Positions 56,483 to 64,000 of a stretch of DNA of 64,000 nucleotides are shown here, one piece after another. The notes under the pieces are model-generated. The model worked only from the letters and a program-made list of their open reading frames with translations. It was not told where the DNA came from and did no database searches. The stretch lies in the IMG/VR virus record IMGVR_UViG_3300027906_000011; one strand, 5' to 3'. Source of the DNA: an uncultured virus (IMG/VR IMGVR_UViG_3300027906_000011). Taxonomy: Duplodnaviria > Heunggongvirae > Uroviricota > Caudoviricetes. Each line of letters starts with the position of its first letter. Within the stretch, counting starts at the first letter, position 1. The position numbers and the translations under genes are program-made.

Positions 56483-56758
56483 TTATCTTTGTTGATTTCT
56501 TATATATGAATAGACAAGTTCTTGTCCTTTCTTCGCTTCACCGAATCTATGAATCTCTTTGCCGTTCTTTGACCTGACAATCACACCGTTATTGTATTGA
56601 ATGTCGGTGACATTAGTTCCATCTGCTGTGTCTTCTGGTCTATCGTCATACCAACACGATTGTAAACTGTGGATATGAATTGATTTAAAACCCCATGCCC
56701 ACTCCTCAGCGGCCAATAAGTCTCTTTGAAATTGAACTCTATCATCAAATTGAGTCAT
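56483..56758 (-). CDS. Hypothetical protein
   Basis: ORF between gp44 and gp62 with an RBS. Confidence 0.5.
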   Translation of the reverse strand: MTQFDDRVQFQRDLLAAEEWAWGFKSIHIHSLQSCWYDDRPEDTADGTNVTDIQYNNGVIVRSKNGKEIHRFGEAKKGQELVYSYIRNQQR

Positions 56759-56807
56759 AATTTTCCCTCTCTACTAAAAAAACACCAAAAGATTAACCAT
56801 AGTGTTC

Positions 56808-57749
56808 TCATTTGAATTTACACTCACTCATAATCTCAGTGAGACATGCAACAAAATTGATTTCACTGTCCATTGCAAATGCAGATTTGTATTGATAATC
56901 AGCAATGAATAATACAGCGGCAGGTATTGAACTTGGTTCAAGTCTTTGTTCTAATGAGTTGAATACCTTCCTATATAGAGTATTGAAGTCATTATCTGAA
57001 TTCTGTCCGACCCATTTTCTCATACCAGACCAATTCTTATCTGCAATCATATCAATTAAAGGTGTAAGCTTTTCTTCTGATAATGTCGCTAGTAGACCAC
57101 TATCTATTACACCACTCGCACCATATCTCTGGACTTCGTTGATACATCGTCTGAAATCTGGAAAGAATTTCATAATAAGTTCTACTAGAACCTTTTCGTC
57201 ATATTCTATATTCTCTTCTTTACAGATATGCTTTAATCTATCTAATGCACCCATAGCAAGAGTTTGTTTCTCATTATTAGGTATCGCAAAATCTATAACA
57301 GTGCATCTACTATGAAGTGGTGCAATGATACGATTCTTATAATTACAGGTGAATATGAATCTACAGTTTGAAGAGAACTCCTCTATGAAGTTTCTCAATG
57401 CAGGTTGAACTGACTCAGCAGATATGTAATCTGCCTCATCTAAAATAACTACTTTAGAACCACCAGAAAGTGATACTGTTGATGCAAAGTTTTTGATTTT
57501 AGTTCGCAAAGTGTCGATAAGTCGGCCCTCATCACTGCCATTGATGACAATAAAATCAGCTCCTAACTCATTACACAACGCCTTAGCGATGGTTGTTTTG
57601 CCTGTTCCGGCAGTTCCACACAATAACAGATTCGGTATTTCTTGATTATCTACGAACTCTGCAAAGGTTTTCTTAACTCCCTTAGGCAATATTGTATCGA
57701 TGACTGTCTGTGGTCGATACTTTTCTACATATAAAAATTCTTGACTCAT
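56808..57749 (-). CDS. gp44: Clamp loader large subunit
   Basis: VEKYRP, GTAGTGKTT, ILDEAD, PLHSRC, FPDFRR. Confidence 0.97.
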   Translation of the reverse strand: MSQEFLYVEKYRPQTVIDTILPKGVKKTFAEFVDNQEIPNLLLCGTAGTGKTTIAKALCNELGADFIVINGSDEGRLIDTLRTKIKNFASTVSLSGGSKVVILDEADYISAESVQPALRNFIEEFSSNCRFIFTCNYKNRIIAPLHSRCTVIDFAIPNNEKQTLAMGALDRLKHICKEENIEYDEKVLVELIMKFFPDFRRCINEVQRYGASGVIDSGLLATLSEEKLTPLIDMIADKNWSGMRKWVGQNSDNDFNTLYRKVFNSLEQRLEPSSIPAAVLFIADYQYKSAFAMDSEINFVACLTEIMSECKFK

Positions 57750-57755
57750 ATTAAA

Positions 57756-57850
57756 AAGAACAAACCCCTCCGATTGTTCGTGTATTAGACCAATGATGAT
57801 GAGACTCTAATACTCCCATGAAAAGAGCGGAGACTGGCGCTTTTTCACAC
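57756..57850 (-). ncRNA. Three-hairpin structured leader upstream of gp44
   Basis: Stems TGAAAAAGCG/CGCTCTTTTCA, GTATTAGA/TCTAATAC, GAACAA/TTGTTC; GGAGG lies in loop 3. Confidence 0.55.
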
Positions 57851-57870
57851 ATTGTTATATCCTATATATG

Positions 57871-58536
57871 TTAGGCGTTGTAAGAACTATCAGGTTCTAA
57901 CGCAATAAAATACTCTAAGTCGATATCTTTATTTTTGAAATGAGATATCCCTTTAGATGATACAGCAACTGAGTAGTTGCCATCTAAAACTTTCAAGTTC
58001 TCAATCTTGAAGTTCATTGTAAATGAATTACCATTTCCTTCTCCTACAGTTCTAGAGAATGTATTAGAAGTTGGATTCTTTTTATCTGTGACTTGCATAT
58101 CAATTTTGGTACCATCAGATGTCATAATCAAATCATTGACACCTAGAACTGAAGCAGCCTTCTGTAATTCAGTTAGTAATGTTGATGATAAATCTATATT
58201 GATTTCTGAGTCAGGCATTGTAATCATCTTCTCTACAGTAGTGACCATGCCCTCAGATGCATAGAAATAAGTTAGAGATGTATCTGCATCTGCAATAGTC
58301 AATGAATTCTCATTGAAATTGAAGTCTGGATTCTCCGTCAAACTTATTGCACCTAGAAATTCTACTAGGTTGTATATACTAAATTCTTGTCCGAATGTTT
58401 CTGGAACAGTTGCGACAGCAAGAATGTTTTTCATATTAGATATCGTCTTAAGTTGATTACCTTCACCAACTTTGATACCCGAATTAATTGTAGCGAAGTT
58501 TTTTAATATCGCTTTGGTTTCACTTGAAATTTTCAC
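57871..58536 (-). CDS. gp45: Sliding clamp
   Basis: LKNFATINSGI, F.IYNL.EFL, FKIENLK...GNY, YFIALE; AAGGAG plus GTG start. Confidence 0.95.
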   Translation of the reverse strand: MKISSETKAILKNFATINSGIKVGEGNQLKTISNMKNILAVATVPETFGQEFSIYNLVEFLGAISLTENPDFNFNENSLTIADADTSLTYFYASEGMVTTVEKMITMPDSEINIDLSSTLLTELQKAASVLGVNDLIMTSDGTKIDMQVTDKKNPTSNTFSRTVGEGNGNSFTMNFKIENLKVLDGNYSVAVSSKGISHFKNKDIDLEYFIALEPDSSYNA

Positions 58537-58819
58537 TTTCAGTCTCCTTAAATGTATCGTGATTATATAAAGCAAGAAATCCATAATGGATAACTTTCAA
58601 CAGGTCGGCACGATTATAACCTTCCTTCTTTCCGTATCGTTGGGCATATTTCAAAATATTCCCAATACAAAATCCTTCTCCATGACCACCATCCATAATG
58701 AACTCTGTGGCCTGAAATCTTTCTTTTGAGTAGTGTTGTTCATAAGTCTTATCTACATAAGAAGAGAACTCTTTAATTAGAGCTCTCTCGTTATATTTGT
58801 AGTCTATGTTTTTACTCAT
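58520..58819 (-). CDS. DUF3310/gp1.7-like nucleotide-kinase-related protein
   Basis: TYEQHYS, GEGFCIGNILKYAQRYGKK, DLLKVIHY. Confidence 0.7.
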   Translation of the reverse strand: MSKNIDYKYNERALIKEFSSYVDKTYEQHYSKERFQATEFIMDGGHGEGFCIGNILKYAQRYGKKEGYNRADLLKVIHYGFLALYNHDTFKETESENFK

Positions 58820-60062
58820 CTGTTCCATTATACTCTTCAACCTCTGGTTCGTCAATGGGGTTTTCTTCTTCTAAATGAACTCCCTCATCAACTTTGGTGT
58901 AAAGGTCAAGAACAGCAGCCCTAGTTTCTTCATCGAATCTAGAGATACACATTGTAATTGACTTAAGTTTGTCGTTAAACATTCTGTAAGCATTAACTAT
59001 GTGAACTAACCTTCTGGTTGTTATCACATCATCAATGGCGCCTTCATAATAAGTCTTTCTGATTATGTCAGCCCAATCTACAAGTTTCTTTGCAAAATCT
59101 TCATCAACTTCGCCACTCAAAGCCATTTCTTTTTTAAGAATGTTTCTTTCAGTAGTCACTGGTGGATATTCTTGTTGCATTGTAATTGCAAATCTTTCAA
59201 GCATCGCCTCGTTCATAATCTGAGTCCCTATGAACTTGCCATCTTCTGAACCTTGACCCTTGGTGTTTGCAGTCGCAACGACTGTGAACCCAGGTGTTGG
59301 TGTCACCCACTCACCAGTCTTTTTGATTAAGTATCCTTTCCCTTCAAGAACTGATTGTAAGCACATCATTTTATTTGACCCTAAGTCAACTTCATCTAGA
59401 AGTAAGACAGCGCCTTTTCTCATCGCCTTGATAACAGGGCCTTCTCTAAAGATAATGTTTCCATTTTGAAGAGTGTGACCACCCATTAAATCATCTTCAT
59501 CAGTTTCAATGGTAATGTTGACTCTGTAAAGTTCTCTTTTTAATTGAGCACATGTTTGTTCAATCATAAGAGTTTTACCATTTCCTGAAAGACCAGTCAC
59601 GAAAACTGGAAAGAAGAGTTTAGATTTAAGAATGTTTTTAACATCTTTAGCATGTCCAAAAGGAACATAATTAATCATCTTCTCAGGAATAATTTTTACA
59701 TTATCGTCAATCAGATTCACTGATTGAGTAGCAGCGGCAACAGGCATGTTCGCAACTTGTGGTTGAGGAACAGTGGCAACTTTTACAGTTTCAGGTTGTT
59801 GAACTGCAACAGTTGTGCCATTATTATCTACTGCGAGAATCGGTTGAAGATTGAAAACAGCACCATCTTTAAAATTGTATCTGTTTGATTTCAACCAGTA
59901 AGGAAAATGTCCCAAATCATTGAATTGTTCTTTAGTGAACTGCAATTGATTAGGATATTTCGATTTCAATGCCGTGATAAATTCTTTTCTATCAGGCGTC
60001 ATGTGGAAGTTTTGACCACCTATGTCGATTGACTCGGTTGGGTCATATGTCCATTTACTCAT
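58812..60062 (-). CDS. cobS: CobS/MoxR-like AAA+ ATPase
   Basis: GLSGNGKT, LLLDEVD, TANTKG.GS, NEAMLERF, TTRRL. Confidence 0.9.
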   Translation of the reverse strand: MSKWTYDPTESIDIGGQNFHMTPDRKEFITALKSKYPNQLQFTKEQFNDLGHFPYWLKSNRYNFKDGAVFNLQPILAVDNNGTTVAVQQPETVKVATVPQPQVANMPVAAATQSVNLIDDNVKIIPEKMINYVPFGHAKDVKNILKSKLFFPVFVTGLSGNGKTLMIEQTCAQLKRELYRVNITIETDEDDLMGGHTLQNGNIIFREGPVIKAMRKGAVLLLDEVDLGSNKMMCLQSVLEGKGYLIKKTGEWVTPTPGFTVVATANTKGQGSEDGKFIGTQIMNEAMLERFAITMQQEYPPVTTERNILKKEMALSGEVDEDFAKKLVDWADIIRKTYYEGAIDDVITTRRLVHIVNAYRMFNDKLKSITMCISRFDEETRAAVLDLYTKVDEGVHLEEENPIDEPEVEEYNGTDE

Positions 60063-60080
60063 AATTTGTCTCCGTTATTA

Positions 60081-60128
60081 TTTTCATCATGTGTCCATCC
60101 TACTAAAAAGTATGGCCTATTGTCAACC
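60081..60128 (-). promoter_or_regulatory. Early promoter, copy 2 of the exact 48-bp repeat
   Basis: Identical to 31172-31219. Confidence 0.8.
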
Positions 60129-60680
60129 ATTTAGAGGAAATCTTTTTAAGAAATTTCTATTAAAGTTACCATTAATATACTTCTCATTAATATATTTGAA
60201 TGTAATTTCTGCATCACCCAATTGAGTGTGAGTTGATTTTGGGGTCACATTTTTACTTCTTAATCTGTTTCTATTGATAGTCTCATCTATCTTTGGAATT
60301 ATCATTGTGTCATTTAGATTACAAGATAATATATAAATTATTCTTCCCTTCTTTGACCACCCAGCGAGAACAAACTCCTGGTCTGATTTTTCAAGTTTTT
60401 CTAATTTCTCATAACAGTCAGTAGAGGTCCATGAAGCTGCACCACACAAAGGTGTAGCAGTTTCACACTTAATTTCAACAGGTCTTTTGTTGTTTAAAGC
60501 GTCTTCGCCATGGATTGATTCATTTGATTGTTCATAACCTAATACATTAGTGACTATCTTTTCTTTAAGTTCACCAGATGCAAAGTTCTCTAGAATGTCT
60601 TGAACATAAGGATATATTGCATCGTCTATTCTTTCACCAATAGCATATGCAGTATATCCTTTTAGAACATCGCTGTTCAT
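60123..60680 (-). CDS. Putative PD-(D/E)xK endonuclease
   Basis: GELKE...HGEDA...VEIK. Confidence 0.5.
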   Translation of the reverse strand: MNSDVLKGYTAYAIGERIDDAIYPYVQDILENFASGELKEKIVTNVLGYEQSNESIHGEDALNNKRPVEIKCETATPLCGAASWTSTDCYEKLEKLEKSDQEFVLAGWSKKGRIIYILSCNLNDTMIIPKIDETINRNRLRSKNVTPKSTHTQLGDAEITFKYINEKYINGNFNRNFLKRFPLNG

Positions 60681-61018
60681 TATGCAAATTCTCTATCGAT
60701 TTCTGCCATGGCTCTAATTTTTGCTTTCGTTTTAAATCTAGCCATTTTTCTTTCGAATAGACCTTTTAGTTCTCTCAAGTTTTTTGAATCTTCTTCATTG
60801 AGATATTTGCTCCAAGATTCGCCTGCATGTTTCATATAGAAAGCAATTGCTTGTCTTTCATAATCATCATTGAATTCGAAGTCGTCTTCTTTGACTCCTA
60901 GAGCTAATGTGACGCCTTTTGAATGACCAAGAACTTCTTTGTTATTCAATTTAATTTGCATATTGCCAGTCGCCGAAGCAATACGAAGGCCTTTGTAGCC
61001 ATCTATAGATATACTCAT
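60680..61018 (-). CDS. Hypothetical protein
   Basis: AGGAG RBS. Confidence 0.5.
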   Translation of the reverse strand: MSISIDGYKGLRIASATGNMQIKLNNKEVLGHSKGVTLALGVKEDDFEFNDDYERQAIAFYMKHAGESWSKYLNEEDSKNLRELKGLFERKMARFKTKAKIRAMAEIDREFA

Positions 61019-61043
61019 ATTTTTACTCCTATATTTTGCATAT

Positions 61044-61583
61044 TCATAATTTCATCTGTCCTTTTTTTGAATCATAACTGGTGTATGCAGTAGTGCCATC
61101 ATTTCTTAATGATGTTGTATCTACTTCACCAACCTTTGTCATTCTATCGATTGGATAGTTGAACCAAAGTAGTCCAGTTTTTTCATCAAATTTAAAGATA
61201 CTAGAATTCTTTTCATTTCTTTTAATGTAATCTTTCATTTCTTGAGAAGTGACTGAGTAAACATGTCCTTCCCACTGTTTAGTTTTTTCTCTAATGTCTG
61301 ACCTTGATTTATTATCAACAGTGCAAACAAACCATATCTCATCAACCTTATCAATTTTCTTTAACTGAGCAGGTGACCATGGATATGATAACATCTTTTT
61401 AAATGCATAAGGTGTTTGTGTCTTAACTTCAATTCTTTTTACTTCATCACTGACACAATGAACTGCCTTAATGTCTGCTTGTGAGGCAAACTTATTTTCT
61501 GGAAAGAAACAAAGCCAACCACCACTCGCCAAGATGTTGGCACATAATAGTTCTCCTTGTTTACCTTTCTCTGCTTGTTTCAT
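61044..61583 (-). CDS. Putative PD-(D/E)xK endonuclease
   Basis: GKQGE...ADI...IEVKTQ. Confidence 0.55.
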   Translation of the reverse strand: MKQAEKGKQGELLCANILASGGWLCFFPENKFASQADIKAVHCVSDEVKRIEVKTQTPYAFKKMLSYPWSPAQLKKIDKVDEIWFVCTVDNKSRSDIREKTKQWEGHVYSVTSQEMKDYIKRNEKNSSIFKFDEKTGLLWFNYPIDRMTKVGEVDTTSLRNDGTTAYTSYDSKKGQMKL

Positions 61584-61834
61584 TCCATGTCCTTAAGTAA
61601 TCTCTGCATATCAATTGCAATAGAAGTCTTCTGACCCTTTCGCATTGTAGTATATGAATCGTTATTGACCCAAAATCTAAATGCCTTACATTCAACTTCT
61701 TCTTCAGCACAAAGCGCCTGTCTTGGACAGTCAAACTTCACACATGGTCCTTTACCAACACTAACTATCGCCTCTTGAAACTTATCTAAGTTTACTGATT
61801 CGATATACCGAACCTCTTCCATTCTTATGCCCAT
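61580..61834 (-). CDS. Cys-rich hypothetical protein
   Basis: PCVKFDC...C...ECKAF. Confidence 0.5.
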   Translation of the reverse strand: MGIRMEEVRYIESVNLDKFQEAIVSVGKGPCVKFDCPRQALCAEEEVECKAFRFWVNNDSYTTMRKGQKTSIAIDMQRLLKDME

Positions 61835-64000
61835 TATGCAATCTCCTTTATAAATTCATTTGTTAAAAATCTTGAAGTGGTTTTACCTTTTTGGTTTCTT
61901 TTGAAGGCAGCCATCACTCTGTTTTTGTTTGCACCGATGTATTCATCATCAAGTTCATCTTCGCCTGAGGTGCCAAGGTTGGTTGCAGAAGTCAAGAACA
62001 ATTTATTATAACCTTTGACTTCAATTACATGTCCTGCCTTTTTCATATCTCTCCACATTCCATCTATTTGGTCGTAAGCGCAATCGCCCAACAACTCATA
62101 TGCAGTATTTCTGAATTCTGCCTTCTTAGAGAACACAAAGTATCCTGTCACGGTCACATTACAAGTTTCTGATAACCAATCTAAAAGATTCTGAGTTGTT
62201 TCCATTCCAGTTCTGTAATCTGTTTTCTCGGTGAAAGTGAAACTCTTATTAATGTATGGGTCTAAGAAACTTCTTTTCATGTTCCATCTTGCAGTCCAAC
62301 CATCTTCGCCCATTTGAGCCTTCTGGTCTGCTCTTTCTTGTTCTCCAGAATCAAAGAATCTTGAACTATGAGTATAACCATCTGTAATAACTGTTAAGAT
62401 AGATTTCTCAATTTGATACTGGTGATTAAACTCTGGTAAGAATTTTCTCAATCCAACTAAACATTGGTCAAGAGGTGTGCCACCCAATCTGTAATTTTGT
62501 GGATACATTTGAGTGTCGTGAATATAACGATTGTTATAATATGCATCGTTGTCCCAAGTTTGAACTCCACTAAAAATTCTATTGTATTCTGCAATCAAAG
62601 CTTCTTCTTTGTTTCTCCAAGTGTATGTAATAACTTCATGAATTCTAGAAACTAGTATTGAACTAAGATATGTAAACATCTCATTATACTCTCTGCCTGT
62701 TTGTTCATTAGAAAGTATTTCAACTAATTTACCATCACCACTTGAACGATATTCATCAGCTCTTTTTATTGCATCTGAGAACAAATAAACTCTGAAAGGT
62801 ATTTGAACTTTTCTACAGAACTCAGCAAGAATAAGAGATTGTTCAAGTAAGTCTGAAACTTCTCTAGAGATTGAACCAGACCAGTCAACTATAACATTTA
62901 AACCATGATTCTTACCATCAGGTATGTAAGTGACTCTTTTGAAGATATCATCTACTATCTGATACTTTGCAAGTCTATTCATATCAAGTTCACCACTTGT
63001 GCCTGTATATGCCTTGGCAGTTCTATGAGCAGTTTGTCTCATCTCGAATTCTTTTGCCATGTGAGCAACAATCTTTTTGTTCTTGGTTTGAATATACTTC
63101 TTATAGTGAGTTGCAAGTTTAAGATAATGTTTTCTCGCTTCAATTTGTTCGGTGCCTCTTCTGATTTTCCAATCATCTTCTTCACCATAATCTTTTGCAT
63201 TTTTGATTTCTTCAATTTCTTTTAGTAATCTTGCACCAGTCATGTAGTCTCTCCAATCTTGAAGAACTTCTTTATAATCATATTTGATACTATCTATATC
63301 AAACTCTTTAAATCTTTCTCTTAATGGAATAGTTGTCTCGATTCTGGCGTTTTCATCTACGAACTGGTCTTCGTTGTTGTGAGCCGCATGTTCGGTGATT
63401 GATTCTCTTGCACCCTCAGGTTCATCATATCTACCTTCGAACTTGCCACCCTCTCTACCAGTGACTTTTATTTCAGACTCTTCTTCTTTAGTCTCTTCGG
63501 ACTCTTCATCAGATTCTTGTTCAAGTTGAGGTGGAGTTTCTTCTTCATCTTCATCTTCTTCCTCAGACTCTTCATAATCAAACTGATTCTCTTCTAACTC
63601 TTCGGACTCTTCATCGTCTTCAAGTTCTTCTTCCTCAGGCATTTGAAATGTGACCTGTTCGTCATTCTCATCTCTTTTTTCATTTTCTTTAGACCATTCA
63701 TATATTGCAGTGGCACATTCTACGACATCTTCCCATGTCTTACAATCTTGTGCCATATCTAAGAACTTTTGTTCTTCATCAGTAAGAGTGATACTAACTT
63801 TAGAACCACACTTTGTAATGAGGTTGATTTTATCAATCAATGAAAGTTCTTGAAGGTCTCTTCCTTTTATACCAAAGAAGTTTCTTTTTATTAACTCATC
63901 ATACGCCTTGAAGAATGAAGTTCTTAATCCTTGATATTTGTTTTTAATCGCCTTCTCAATTCTTACATCTTCAACAACATTAAGATATCCTTTAAGTGTT
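61834..64000 (-). CDS. CobT-like vWA protein, partner of the AAA+ ATPase (5' end lies beyond the window)
   Basis: Frame open to the window end (LNVVEDVRIE), acidic linker, MIDAS motif DWSGS, GGTPL, ITDG. Confidence 0.85.
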   Translation of the reverse strand, partial: TLKGYLNVVEDVRIEKAIKNKYQGLRTSFFKAYDELIKRNFFGIKGRDLQELSLIDKINLITKCGSKVSITLTDEEQKFLDMAQDCKTWEDVVECATAIYEWSKENEKRDENDEQVTFQMPEEEELEDDEESEELEENQFDYEESEEEDEDEEETPPQLEQESDEESEETKEEESEIKVTGREGGKFEGRYDEPEGARESITEHAAHNNEDQFVDENARIETTIPLRERFKEFDIDSIKYDYKEVLQDWRDYMTGARLLKEIEEIKNAKDYGEEDDWKIRRGTEQIEARKHYLKLATHYKKYIQTKNKKIVAHMAKEFEMRQTAHRTAKAYTGTSGELDMNRLAKYQIVDDIFKRVTYIPDGKNHGLNVIVDWSGSISREVSDLLEQSLILAEFCRKVQIPFRVYLFSDAIKRADEYRSSGDGKLVEILSNEQTGREYNEMFTYLSSILVSRIHEVITYTWRNKEEALIAEYNRIFSGVQTWDNDAYYNNRYIHDTQMYPQNYRLGGTPLDQCLVGLRKFLPEFNHQYQIEKSILTVITDGYTHSSRFFDSGEQERADQKAQMGEDGWTARWNMKRSFLDPYINKSFTFTEKTDYRTGMETTQNLLDWLSETCNVTVTGYFVFSKKAEFRNTAYELLGDCAYDQIDGMWRDMKKAGHVIEVKGYNKLFLTSATNLGTSGEDELDDEYIGANKNRVMAAFKRNQKGKTTSRFLTNEFIKEIA

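Noticed and set aside
63470..63640. Repeated tcttc/ttcatc units
   Set aside because: Codon-level consequence of the Glu/Asp-rich linker in the vWA protein
2639..63853. Numerous plus-strand ORFs of 60-170 aa
   Set aside because: Antisense shadows of well-supported minus-strand genes, with Ser/Phe/Leu-rich composition and no motifs
1..64000. CRISPR array
   Set aside because: No regularly spaced repeat-spacer units seen by eye; the only exact long repeat found is the two-copy promoter
58812..64000. Cobalamin biosynthesis auxiliary genes
   Set aside because: No CobN in the window; phage CobS/vWA pairs are better read as MoxR-type chaperone systems
1..64000. Stop-codon reassignment
   Set aside because: Core genes are full length in the standard code and no suppressor tRNA was seen

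Overview
64-kb segment of a large, AT-rich T4-like myophage genome, with almost all genes on the minus strand. The gene set resembles marine pelagimyophage/cyanophage-type viruses. The host is Gram-negative (spanins, CsgG, a beta-barrel protein) but cannot be named from this window. Core genes: nrdA/nrdB, glutaredoxin, primase gp61, helicase gp41, uvsX, polymerase gp43, regA, gp62/gp44/gp45, a CobS-like AAA+/vWA pair, lysozyme, spanins, tRNA-Ala and tRNA-Gly. Accessory blocks: (1) nine 2OG-Fe(II) oxygenase-like genes. (2) A ~13-kb block of probable capsid-internal proteins with T4-type capsid-targeting N-termini, including a PAP2 phosphatase fusion, a nucleotidyltransferase-kinase fusion and a ligase-like protein. 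(3) A candidate DNA-hypermodification module: two DruA/DUF4338 (Mom-like) paralogs, a TagD-like cytidylyltransferase and a frameshifted T4 beta-glucosyltransferase-like gene. (4) A late-promoter operon joining CsgF/CsgG and two curlin-like beta-solenoid proteins to a FecR protein and a CHASE2 adenylate cyclase. This is the best candidate for an undescribed phage trans-envelope signalling system. (5) Unannotated structured RNAs upstream of hsp20 and gp44. All family calls rest on visual motif recognition; no database searches were run.
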